DNA from: Klebsormidium nitens
Lineage: Eukaryota > Plantae > Klebsormidiophyceae
DNA length: 58,088 bases
Direction of reading: 5' to 3'
NCBI GenBank assembly: GCA_000708835.1
Contig: DF237519.1
Coordinates: forward strand, 1-58,088
Below the pieces are notes generated by a model. That model saw nothing but the letters and a program-made list of their open reading frames with translations. It was not told the DNA's origin and searched no databases. Both the position numbers and the translations under genes were made by a program. Positions 12,196-24,400 of the stretch are shown piece by piece. Numbering within the stretch: the first letter of the stretch is position 1; the number at the start of each line of letters is the position of its first letter.

Positions 12196-14756
12196 TTTGC
12201 AGGAATTGTCGGCCTGCACCATGCATGGGGGTTTATTGTAAGAAGGGGCATCAGAAACAAGAAGGGCTGAAGATGAATGAGAGGTAGAACAAAAATAAGG
12301 CAGGAGAGGGCCAAAAAGGATCTAAGAACAAGAGAGCTGGTGATGCGGCCAACTGTAGCCACAGTCTCAGCAGGTGCAAATTTAGGTATCAGCTAGACGG
12401 AAGACAGCTCCTTGACAAAAAGTGGCCCATCTCAAACTTCTGTCCTACAAGCTTCCATCTTTCACAACCAAAGAGAACTCGCAACACGATGTAAACCTTT
12501 TCCCCTGTTTGAATAGTTCCTACCAAGATTCTTAGCAACTTCGGCAAAGTGCAATTCATGAGCCTCCTTCCGTGCAATTCCAGGCATGTATGAGGAGAAC
12601 AACAAGTGCCTTCTCCCATAGCCTGTTGGTCAAAGTTATGGACAGCGGGCTGATTCTGAGCTAGTCCAAATATTGAAGCAACACAACTCCACCTATGGCG
12701 GCTTCCATGAGAGGACGTGCAAAGCTCTCAACCTCATACCACAGGCACAGCTGCAACAGCTGGACTGTTCCCGCGCACTTGCCAAGCCAGAATGCACTTT
12801 CAGGGACTTGCGTAGGGCAAGGCAACAACTCGCCTGGCATCCTCAACTTACACCAACAGCATGCCCAGTGATAATCTTAGTTATAGAAGAGCTACTCAGC
12901 TTGATGTGGGTGTGATCTCACAAAGCTTTGCTTGTCCAAGAAAGCTTGACAGCTTGCCAATCTTTTAGGAACATCACGGTCAGCAGTAGAGGTATCCCAC
13001 ACGTGCTTGCATCAGGCACTTGCACCTTGAGGGGATGCCTATCGTGTTTGCTACTTGAGGAGGTGAACAAAAGAAACCCTTGCTGCGAACTTTTGAATTG
13101 ACCTGAGGGCTCACACTCAAAGACAAACAACCACTCTCCATAACCTGGCCAGCTTTTACTTACGCGTTGAACACTCTCCTGACAAGACAGTCATCCGGAT
13201 GGTGCGTTAACCGCGGAAGTCACTCCCCAACATGCATTAACAACTCTTGTAAAGACACAGCTCCAAGGCTTGACTTCAGGAGCACGGTCCAACACGACAC
13301 CCAAGCGCAGCTCACCTAGCTCAGTCTCTTCCTGCTCTTGCGCACTTTCGAGCGGGCACATTCATTTCCAGGTCCTGCAGACGCTGCGAACCCCCTACGC
13401 CTTGCTCTGAGCTCTCAGCAGCTGGCCACACAATCTCACGGCCCAGTTTCTCTTGCAAGCAACTCAGACAGCAGCTTCCGCCGAAGCAGACCTACCTACC
13501 GTGCTGCAATTGCCTGCCTACTGTAGAAGGAAGCCATGCCCTTCCGGGTTCCCTCTGCCATTGGTAGGAGGTAGCCATAGAAAGCTCACCGGTTTTACCG
13601 GTACGTGGTATTCTCTGCTTCTTTTTGCAAGCCATGTGCGGAGTCAAGATGCCGCGTACCCTAGCGTCTGGGGATTCCCATGTGGGCATGCCCCCGAGCA
13701 AGAGGCCAAGAATTGATGACGAGGCTTGCAACTTGGAATCTCCGATAAATACGGTAAGGTTCCCAATGTTCCAGTCATTCTCATGTTCAGCTTGTAATGG
13801 TGCCTTATGACCTCCAAGAAAGTCTGAAGAATCAAACGATGCCGGCACAGGGAGCATCAAACAGTTGAGAGGCGGTTACCGAGCCACACCTTGCTTTAAA
13901 TGCTGGGGTTTTCCGTACATGGGGCCCAGAAGGACCCCGAAGAAGGGCCCCCTGAAACTAGTGATTCCGTATCTATCCCCCTGAAATAATGAAGTCCGAT
14001 TCTGGAAAAAATTTCACGTTCCCGGAATCCAGTGTTTGGTTCCTCTTCAAGGCGGAAAAGGAATCTTTTGATCCGTTCATCTGCGCCGTCGATGACCCCA
14101 CTTTTCGCTGGCATTACACACTCTGGGAAATCACATGCCAACCAGAGGATTCCGGTGCCAACACCTACCCAGGTACAGCTGGGTACGGTATCTCCCTACC
14201 TACGGTACCTGTAGGCTGTAGTCGAGTACCGGTAGGTACCTAGCTGGAGCCTGGTCGGACCGGGTGGGCCTGGTACGGAGAACACCGTACGGACCGCTGA
14301 AGACTAAAGTTGCATGGAAGATCCTCCCGACGTACAGTTTCTGGTCGGGATTGTCCAGCAAGTTCATTTTCTTGACACAAAACAAACTTAGCGTCTTGTA
14401 TTGTCTAACGTGTCATACTCTATGTATGCCACCAGGTTCACTGAATGAGGACGGCTGGACATCGGTTGTCACCGCTGGTCAGTGGTCACATTGGAATTTG
14501 GAAACCGAGTCAGTCGGGTTGAGCCACGTGGCGATGCTCGGACTCCTAACAGAAGTTGCTACAAACAACAATTTAATACAGTATCCCTGCCGGCCGTTCC
14601 TGTTCGCATGCGCGGCGGCGCGGCCGCGGAACTCATCCCCGCCTACTTTAGCGCGCGCGTGCGCCCCCCGGTACTTGTGGCGTCAAAATTGTCGTGTCCA
14701 GCCTCGCTTGAACTTGCACATTTCAATCCACATTACACCGTCAGCCGGAGCTAACG

Positions 14757-17700
14757 ATGGCTGCAGCGGAGCGAGTAGTTGTGATGGACAATGGGGCTGC
14801 CTCCCTCAAGGTTGGCTTTGCTGGCGAGGTAGCCCCCCGGAAGGAGATGCCCAACTGCATCGTCCGAGGGAAGGGGGCAAAGAGGCAGTATGTCGCCGAT
14901 CAAGTCGAAAGTTGTGAAGACATCCAATCCCTCACGTTCCGCCGGCCATTTGACAGGGTAGGTGTGCGATTTCAAGTTTGCGCGGGGGAGGTTTTCCACC
15001 TTGATTCTGAAAGCCTGGCGTATGCAGATCTTTCTCAATCAATTCTGGTGCGCAGAATGTCTGCTGACTTTGGTTCTCAATGGTGGTGCTCTTCGTGCCT
15101 GCCATTGCTAGAAAGTTTACGGGCCAACTAAGTAGTTTGAGCAGGTTGCCCTGCTCCTCCCTATATAAAACGTTGGCTCTTTCAAAGACTGTGAGAATCT
15201 CAGAATCTTTGCATTCATAAGTTTGACGGAATGGTGGAATAAACATAAGGAGCTCAGCTTGTAACATGCAATTAATTTTCCTGGGACGGGTGGGGTTAAT
15301 CAGGGATTTGGAGTTGGGCCCCCATGCACATCAGGTAAAGTTTGGGTTTAATGGCAGTTTTCCTCCGTTTGTATCATACCGTGAGCTTATGATATTGTTT
15401 CAGAGAGTCATGTTGGTGGTAGTTGTGCTTTGATTGCTGGTCAGAGAGAATCATTGGTGGTTCTTCGCTTGATGGAAGTTCAGGAGTTTTCAAGGAAACA
15501 AAAGTTCCTTTGAAACTTATGACCACAACTGCAATCACTAATCATGCCCACTGATCTTTTGGTCATTTTGCTTTGCCCCTTTCATTTGTTGCCGTTAGCT
15601 TCTTCTGTTTTTCTCACTTGGACTCTCAGCTGAGACTTGTCCTCTTCTTATGCAGGGCTACGTTGTTTCTTGGGAGACGCAGAAAGAAATCTGGGACCGT
15701 GCTTTCTACACCATCCTTAAAGTAAGCCCTCTATTTCATTTTCTCCACACTTCATTCGACTTCCAACTTTCCACTTGATTCAGATGAACAGATTCTTTGA
15801 ATCACATCCGTAAAAGGTCAAAGTATTTGCACAGCAATTATGGCCCGTATCCTATGTTTGAATATCTACCACTTTCTTCCAGGCTGTAGCTAACTTCATA
15901 TGCAAATTCCGCCAAACCTTCTTTCTTTCAAATAGTCGACGCCAATTACAAGCACAAACCTGATTCATTTTGAAACACAGATTGAGCAGCTGAGTCACGA
16001 AGCACAACGTTGATGTCTTCGAACGATTATACCTCCCAGAAATCCTGGAGGTCCAGGTCTTTGGAATCAGACAACAGAGACAACAAAGCTCAGGACCGTC
16101 TCCATTGAGCAGCCTTTTCTGTTCCTTCTAAGCGGCGTGCCTTCTAACTACGACTTGGTCTGCAGGTCAAACCGTCAGAATGCAGCCTCCTAGTCACAGA
16201 ACCCCCGTTCAACCTGCCCTCCATTCAGAGTTCTATGGACGAGGTGAGAATCACAGGCCTGTTTCAGATGGTCTCCACGCTACAGATGGTGAACTTAAGC
16301 TCGAGGGACGGGTGGGGTTAAGTCGCTTGGTCCGCATAGTATTAGTGAGCTACTTCCTTCCGCTTTCACTCTGGAGTGTTTGCCACTTGCGAGCACCCCC
16401 CGTTGGCAGCCCTCCTGCTGCCTTTGCGCTAAAATACTCGTTTTCTGATTGGAACCATCTCACATTCTTTCTTTTTCGTCCTCGATTCCTGTTGAGCAAT
16501 CTTAAGCCCCCATTTCGGATCCAGTTAATCAGCATCCGTTCAGACCAATTGCTTTCGAGCAGACAGCTTCATTCGCCAAGAACTTTGGCTTGTTGCTCTG
16601 ACCTATTTTCAGAGTTTCCGCTGTCTTGAACTGACGCCAAATCTTCTGGTTCCAGAGAACTGACTCCTCCCCATTGGAGAAGCTTGCTTTGGACGAGTGC
16701 CTTTCCCATGTCTGATAGAGCTGTTTCTTTGCGACCGTACCAATATCATCGTAGCGACATCACCCTTGTCCGTGCTGACGTCACAGGTTCTCGCCCTGCC
16801 AGATGGTCTTTGAGGAGTACGGCTTTCGAGCGTGCCACGTCGCCCTTCCCGCCGTGCTCTCCCACCGCCACGTGGCAACCTCTGAGCCCGCCAGCACGCT
16901 TGCAAGGGGCGGCTCGAGCCTTGTGGTCGACTGCGGGTTTTCGTTCACGCACACGGTGCCGATTTTTGACGGGTTTCCCGTTAGTCATGCGGTGCGGCGA
17001 TTAAACTTGGGGGGCAAGGCGCTGACAAACTATCTCAAGGAGCTCGTCTCTTACAGGTGAGCGATCGGGGACTTTTGCAGAGGTCCCCGAGAAGATATTC
17101 GCGTCTTCTTTGGCGGGTAAGCTTTTGATTTCATGATTGACATCTTAGAAAGGCGTTCGGCAGCCCTCTGGCAATGATGAACAGTCGATCGAGAGAAGCC
17201 GTTTGCGTCCGATTTCTTTGAGAGAAGGCTAGATGCTGACAGTATGCGCAACAGGCTACTCGACTTGTGGAAAGTATGTTAAGGGCCGGATCACGAATGT
17301 AGCAGCGGAGTTACTCGAAAGCGGTCGAGGACCCTCTCGTTGTATCTGCGATGTCACTTTTGAGAAGGGCGCACGAGTTACATGGCAGACGAAGACCATT
17401 GAGGTCGTGCTATTGGTTTGCGAGCATAGCGTATGCAGGTGCATCGAGGTTGTTTCCTTCGTTTCTCCGAGTTTGAGTATATATCGACTAACGTAGGATC
17501 TCAACGTGTCCATAAGGGGCGAACTATGTTGTGACTTTGACTATAAGGAAAACGGGGCATAATCCGAATCGGTACAAATCCTAAACCGACCAGAATCACC
17601 ATACCAGGGCCTCGTTCTTGATCCGGAAAACAGCTCTTTACTGAGGACGGGAAAGGAAACAGGGCCTCGAACATGCTGAAAGAGAAGGCCAGCACCGAGG

Positions 17701-20576
17701 ACGGTGAAAAAAGAGGGCCTTGGAAACTCTTGCCCTTATTGTTTTATCTGGTCGTATCCAATTGCGTTCGTCTCCACAGGGCTCTGAAGAAGCTGACTGA
17801 CCGAGAGCGAGCCTGTAAACTTTCAGCCCGTGCATTTCGCAGCTCTCGAATCGATCCACCTTCTTTTCGACAGGGCCTGGAACATGATGGAAGAAACGGC
17901 CATCATCGAAGACGTGAAGGAGAAGCTCTGCTTTGTGTCCCTAGACATTCCCGGCGACCTAGTTTTAGCGCGGCCCCCGGGAGTGGGAAACCCCGTCCGT
18001 TGTGAATACGTTCTTCCCGATGGTGTCAAGCATAAGAGGGGCTTCGTCAAGGTAAGAGCGTTGACACCTAGTCGGGTAACTTTGCATGTCTGACCTTTAG
18101 CTTCAATTCTGTCTCGAATCCCATTGACAGGAAGATAGCTAAAAGAAAGCCTCAACTTTACTCTCAAGTCGAGCCTGCCAAGAACGGATCTGAGGGGGAG
18201 CAAACTTTACACTTATCAATGAGACAACTTCTTGCTCACCTGTTACTTCGAACGACCATTATCAGGACGTCAAAGGCATGCTGACAGGGTTGAAATAGCA
18301 GATAGCGTCATGCTGACGTCAGGGAGGACCATTCCATGCAGGACCCAGAAGCAGCGTCAGCTTTCTTGAAGCGGCGACGGCTCGACCCAGCCGCGGACGA
18401 AGCCGAGCCAAGAGAACCTCAAGCCGACTCTGCGGTCCAGTCAGGAAAGCCAGACGCTAGCAACCGGGAAGAAGGGTCTGCCGAGCGGAATCCGCGGGGC
18501 GTTGGGCCGGCACACGATTCCGCTGACGGAAAGCCGGACGAAGCGGCTGACGGAAAGAAGGGGCGGAACGTCGTGGATCAAGTTCTGGCGCTGACGAACG
18601 AGCGCTTCCTGGTGCCAGAAATGCTGTTCCATCCGGCGGATCTTGGTACGATTCAAATCCTCGAGCTTCTTATCGTACGAGTATTGTGCTCCGCTGTCTC
18701 ATCAGTCGTTTGCTTGTCGGATATGTTCTAGGTTTGCATATTGAAACTCTTCTTTCTAGGAAACTCTTAGAAGGTTTCTCGTTGTGTCATTTCGACACCT
18801 TGCTCTATTTGCACCGGATAGCGAGCCTTCTCGAGGAGCTCAGTCTAGCACGGAGCACGAATGTATATTTTCCACGTTTATTCTTTTCTCGGGGTCGAAA
18901 GTGTGCGTCTTGTAGATTGTGGTCAATCTGGACAACTGGAAGTGCGTTCGTCATCCAAGTTAAGCAAGCTTCATGTGCTTGCTACTTACTTTTTTTGACG
19001 TTTCGTCGGACAAACGGAAGGAAAGGTCCTCATCAATTCGTATCCGCTGACACGTGTCAAACGGACGACTCTGCGGGTTGCCATGAGTGACGTACGAGGC
19101 GCCAAAAGATGTTTTCCCCATCCAATTACTGGCACGAAGAAGATCCTTCCACACGACTTTGCTGCTTTGCATTGTTCCAGGTGTCAAGCAGGCGGGCCTA
19201 ACAGTTTGCTTATATGGATTCGTCAGCGCTTTCCGAAGGCGTCTTTGGGAAATGCTCCCTCCGTTTTGAGTAATTGTGCGGCGTGAAATGTTGCTCCATC
19301 TTCACCCGTGCGAGCCAAACGTGCACCGCTCGCCTGGTCTTCTCTAACCTTCCCACCTTGTTTTCCTAACCTCTCACCTGGCCTGCCCTAAACTGCCCGC
19401 CTGATCTTGTTAACCTCCCACCTGGTCTGCCCTAACCTGCCCACCTCGTCGTCTCTAACCTGCCAGGTGTCAATCAGGCGGGTCTCGCAGACTGCATCGT
19501 GGAATCCATTAGCGCCACCCAAAAGGACCTCCAACCCCTTCTCTACTCCAACATTCTTTTAACGGGGGGTAGCACGCTCTTTCCGGGTTTCCGGGAGCGA
19601 CTCGAACTAGAGCTGCGGCCGCTCGTTCCCGACGAGTTCGACGTGCGAATATTCACACCGCAAAGGTGGGTCATCCGGTTTGGCATTGTGATTGGAACCT
19701 TTAATACGGCGGGGGATATTTCAATGAAAGAAGATCCACAGGCAAAAGTGAGCGAGGGGATCGGGCGTCTGACTTCGCTTGATGACCGGCTTCGACTTGT
19801 GGGTTTCCACTGCTCAAGAGCATACGAGGGAGATTATTGACGAATTGGCCACTTGACCGGGGTGCGAAAGACGAGAATTGCAAAGGCGACGTAGTGAATT
19901 GCCAATTGGGTTGGTTGCAACTTCTGCATCGATTCGGAGCTTGCACGTCTTGTCTGCAAGGACGTAAGACGGCGAAAATCTTGGAGTGCACGCTACTGCG
20001 TGCGTAATCTTGTAAGCCCAGGACAGGCGTGTTGGAACCTTTCAACTCCAATGACCATAGCCTTATTTTTTCGCCAAGAGAATCTGCTACCAATTATTTG
20101 CTTTTGCGACCAGGTCCGACAGGGACTGCAAATCGCTACTCCTTAAGCTGACTCAATGGGCCATCTCCTCTGTGTCCACGCCTTTATTACATCCTGTGGG
20201 CAAGAGCCCGTTGCCGAAGGTCTGCTTCTAAACCAAATCTGGTCAGAAGAGCCCATCGTTGCAAAGTGGATGCTCGAGGGGGCTCGTTCTGCTAGCATCT
20301 CGTTTCAATCCGATGTGACGTCATTTTCCTTCTGTTCCTATTTGCGCTCATGCCAAGATCGGAGTTCGCGGGCGAAAGGCAAGGATTGTTGGTTAGGGAG
20401 GGAAAAGCGCACGCTGAATGTGCAATTGATTTTGGTGCAGGCCTAGCTTGAGTGCGTGGTTGGGGGGGTCGGAATTTGCGGCAAGCGACGAGTTTTCGGC
20501 ATCCGCCATCACGAAGTCGGAGTACGAAGAGCTGGGGTCGTATCGATGTCGAAGGAAGGCCTTGCACCTTTGCTAG
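14757..20576 (+). CDS. ARP6: Actin-related protein 6 (SWR1 complex), 8 exons, ~471 aa
   Basis: join(14757..14957,15656..15721,16166..16243,16803..17056,17874..18051,18342..18645,19467..19665,20441..20576) = 1416 nt, all GT-AG with consistent phases. Motifs: VVVMDNGAASLKVGFAG, LTFRRPFDRGYVVSW, LVVDCGFSFTH, GGKALTNYLKELVSYR, CEYVLPDG, LTNERFLVPEMLFHP, NILLTGGSTLFPGF, ITKSEYEELGS. Confidence 0.95.
19331..19464 (+). repeat. Six ~22-nt degenerate tandem repeats, each with a YTAAC-like branch-point motif, ending at the ARP6 intron 6 acceptor
   Basis: Consensus about CACCTGGTCTGCCCTAACCTGCC. ctaacc/ctaaac/ttaacc cores recur about every 22 nt (near 19344, 19366, 19388, 19410, 19432, 19455). The last unit runs into the acceptor AG at 19465-19466. 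Confidence 0.75.
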
Positions 20577-21499
20577 GCTTACACTGGATTCTTAGCACAC
20601 GGCGCCCTTCGTCAAATGCATATTGGAGCTAAACTTGTACATCATACATCCGACAAAGTCCTTGAAGATGGAGGATTGTGTTGTCCTCTCAACGCGTTTG
20701 TTTCGAACAAGGAGGAGGATGCTTGTGGTAAAGCTGCAAATCATCGTGTTTCATATGAGCCATATTGCGGTATCGACTTGCACAAAGACCAATCTCGGAC
20801 TAGCTTGGGCATCTATCTCGCGTCCTGGCCGCCCTTTCGTCAGTTGCAGGACCTGCATGCCTCATACCTTGAATTTCACCCTTCAAAACTCGAACAACGG
20901 TGAAGAACTAGTGTCATAAACTTTAAGCAGTCTTCGACGATTCAATATGACAAAAGTAAACATGCATGCGGCAAGCATGATCCACGTTGAAACATAGGCA
21001 TGCATTGACATCAAATAACATGCTAGGACGGGATCGCGCGATCTGACATTCGCAATCGCATGAGTACCGTAAGCCGCTCGTCCGTCACCAGGCTCATGCA
21101 GCACGATGTCCCGGGCCGCGGCCGCGTGCTTTCTTTTGTGGTGTAACTAGGTACAGGAAAAGCAAAGTTCGGAACCCCTGCATCGCGGCGCCGTTACCAC
21201 ACATCTTCCGATCAGATCAAGTTTAGCGTCGGTAATTGATTGCGCAAAGGTACGATTAAGCGTTACATTCTCAAATCGGCTCAGCCCAGGCTAGGGTTTC
21301 GATACCATTACCGAGTGCCAACTTGGTGACGTGGGACGTATGTTGAGCACTATTGAAAGTTGGATGTTCAGAGGAGCCTTCGAAGGGAGCAGGGGCCATG
21401 GCATCCACTTTTTGCAGCTCGGACCTTCCTGATGTTGGTCTACTTGCTTGAGAAGCGCAAGGTCTTCACAGGGCACGCGGACTAAAGCGTGTGCCAACT

Positions 21500-24400
21500 A
21501 TGGCGCTGCGGGGTCTAGCCGCTCGGTATCTGTTCCGAAGGTCTTCGTATGCGCCTCCTAAAGATCCGGGACCAAAGAAATTGTTTGGCCGTAGAGCAGC
21601 TCTGGCGGGCGTGTTGTTTGGGGCGACCGGTTATCTTGTCTTCAGCGAGCAGGTGAGGGGTCTTATGATTGCTTACAATCAAATATAGAAGTTGCAGAAT
21701 CCATCAGAATCTAGTGGGACTTGCTCCAATCAGAGCAACAGAAGTACGATCAACTTTCTTCGACTGGCTCAAATAGATTTGGAGAAGGATGAATTCTGGT
21801 GAGTAGACACATGCATGGCGCCTGCGAGCGAAAGCGCCCATGATGTGATTTTCACTGGAGGTTCTTGGGCATAGCAAGGTCATAGATGCTGCGAGCGGCG
21901 GAAGCGATGTCACGCGAGTTTGGTGGTGGCATGTCTTTGTTGTTCGTCTTGAAACTGGTTTCCAGGAGATTTTGAGAGGGTTTCCAGGAGACTGCGGAAG
22001 CCATCAAGGTTGTCAAGTTTCGCAGCTTGTTCAACAGCTAATATTCTGGGGAGAAAGCTTCTAGGTTACTAGAAACTGGATAAGCTGTTGCGAGACTTGA
22101 ACCGCTGGATTCGGCTAGCAGCAGCAGAGAAAGCTTTTCGCCTGTAGACTCCTCAACAATCCTCATGAGGCAAGGCAGTACGGTGGGGAAGGATTGAGCT
22201 CGCTTTTGATGTAAGGGTGGTGGTGACTGTTTGGCACTCCAGGATTCACTTTGTGACCTCCTTCTCGACCACCACGAAGCCCCTGCCATCAAACAATTTG
22301 ATTTCAAGCGCAGTTTCTCTCTTCAATCAAGCGATTGTGACTGGTGGTGAGCTGCTTGGGTCCTCAGGATGCAACTGTGAACTTGTTCAACCTCTCCTTC
22401 AAAAGCCTTGTACTTGACTACCCAATATGAAGCGCAGTTCTACTTGTCTCGGTAAGAGAAACCTGATTGGTGATGCGGTTGGGGCCTTGGGACGCAATCA
22501 GGGAATTCCTCCGCCGTCAGGTTTGCCTTCTACTTAACCGTTCGATGTCAAGCGCAGATTTGCCTTAACCCACTTTGTCCCCCCCAGTTGCCGGAGTCAG
22601 CCCCGCTCAAAGACACGCCCCTCGCTGGGATCCGAACAGGAGGCCAGGGCGTGCTGAGGTCATCGAGGGCCATCCGAGCGTTCGTTCTCAACAGCCTAGA
22701 CTACAAGTATACGCTGCGGGACATGGACAAGATGACCGATGAGTACGACGAGCTTCGGGCTAAAGTAAGATGGCATACATGGTGCCATCTTTAGAAACGC
22801 AAAGGGTGCTGAGATTATAATGGATGCTGGACAATCGAGCCGTCGTTTTGAACGGTGCGGTCTTGTTACAGTAGCGTAATCCAAAATGATCGTTCAGAAG
22901 GTTCGTTGTTAGGGTGACAGGAAGTCGTATGTTGCGTTTGGAAGTGCAAGTTCGGAAGGGCAACTAGAAACGGCCGTCGCAAAGCAGAAAAGAGCCTGAT
23001 CGAGTCCATGAAGTTGCTCCTATAGGAATAGAAGGGAATCGGTCTCTTTTTGAAACAGAGGAAGTGGTATCTTTATGAGCACCACTCCCCCAGCGCTGCT
23101 CACGGTTGCTACCAAACTCCTCATTTAGGTACATCAACGTTCCGCCAAGCGGATCCTCCAGCTGTGCGAAAAGAACACGGGGACGTACGTCAAAGCGGGG
23201 CAGTTCCTAGCATCGTTGCAAGGGATCCCCCGAGAGTACACGCAGACGTTGTCGGTCCTGCAGGACCAAGCCAAATACCAGACGTTCGACAAGATCGACA
23301 AAGTGATTGCGCAGGAGTTAGGCAGCAGCGCGACTGAAATGTGAGCCCAGACCTAGTTATTGATCCATCTTTTATGGTAGATTATCGTTGGCAGTGACTA
23401 AGCGCTACTTCGAAAACCCCATCACCGACCCAGGCGCTCCTCAACTCGTTTCCGACAAAATCAACGGGCCAACGAAGAGAAATTCTAGTTTCTTGCTCCC
23501 AAGCAGATTTCAGTCTTAGTACGCTCCTTCTTTGAACTTAACCAGCTTTCATCCCACCAGATTACTGGAATCGCTTGCGCAGGTCCATGGCGCGGTATTG
23601 TCATCCACTGGCGTATTGCGAAGATTATCCGACATTTCCGGCAGGCCGGATAATCCTTCTCTCTTTTCCGGAATCAGATACCGACATCGTACGCCTCCTC
23701 TTGCAGCTTCGCCGAGTTCGACACTGTTCCGATCGATGCGGCCTCTTCAGCGCGAGTCCACCGAGCAGTGCTCAAGTCTAAACAACTGCTAAAAAGAACC
23801 ATTGTCGACTATTTTCACTTTTTGTTGATTCTCCAAGTTATCCGGCAGGACGAACAATCATCAATCCAAAAAGATTACAGGATCACTGACCATCAGCCTA
23901 CCGTTCCATTTTGCAGTTTCGCCGAGTTTGACCCGGTTCCAATAGCCGCGGCATCTCTAGCGCAAGTCCACCGTGCAGTGCTCAAGTCTACCGGCCAGGA
24001 GGTGGCTGTCAAGGTGCAATACCCCGGGCTACAACAGCAGTTTGAGACGGACATTACAACCATGCACGTCCTCTCCAAAGCCATTGCCTGGGTGCGTTAA
24101 ATTGAGCTTTCTCTGGGTGTTCTCCTTTTCTATTTTGTTCGTTTGGTGTTGGCTTTCTGTTGGTCTTTGAGAAGGGTAAAGAGGAAGCATTTTGAGAACA
24201 TTATCATTGTTATGCACGTGGTCTCCAAAACCTATCGACAGGGTGAGTCAACAGAGCTCTTTAGACGTTTTTTTTTTTGTTTTTTTTGTTTTTTTTTAGC
24301 CACATTTTTTTAGAGAAAGAGGAAACAATTTGAAATTGACTTTATATTCATGCACGTCCTCTCCAAAGCGATCGCCAGGGTAAGTTGGTTGTGACCTCTT

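Noticed and set aside
12400-14150. Hidden gene between CID7-like and ARP6 (e.g. MPPSKRPRIDDEAC with a donor near 13753)
   Set aside because: I could not build a phase-consistent multi-exon model or recognise a domain; it is probably 5' intron or intergenic sequence.
17174-17239. ATGATGA...CTGA C/D snoRNA-like boxes in ARP6 intron 4
   Set aside because: The terminal stem is weak and I recognised no rRNA-complementary guide; the boxes are short enough to occur by chance. A snoscan run would settle it.
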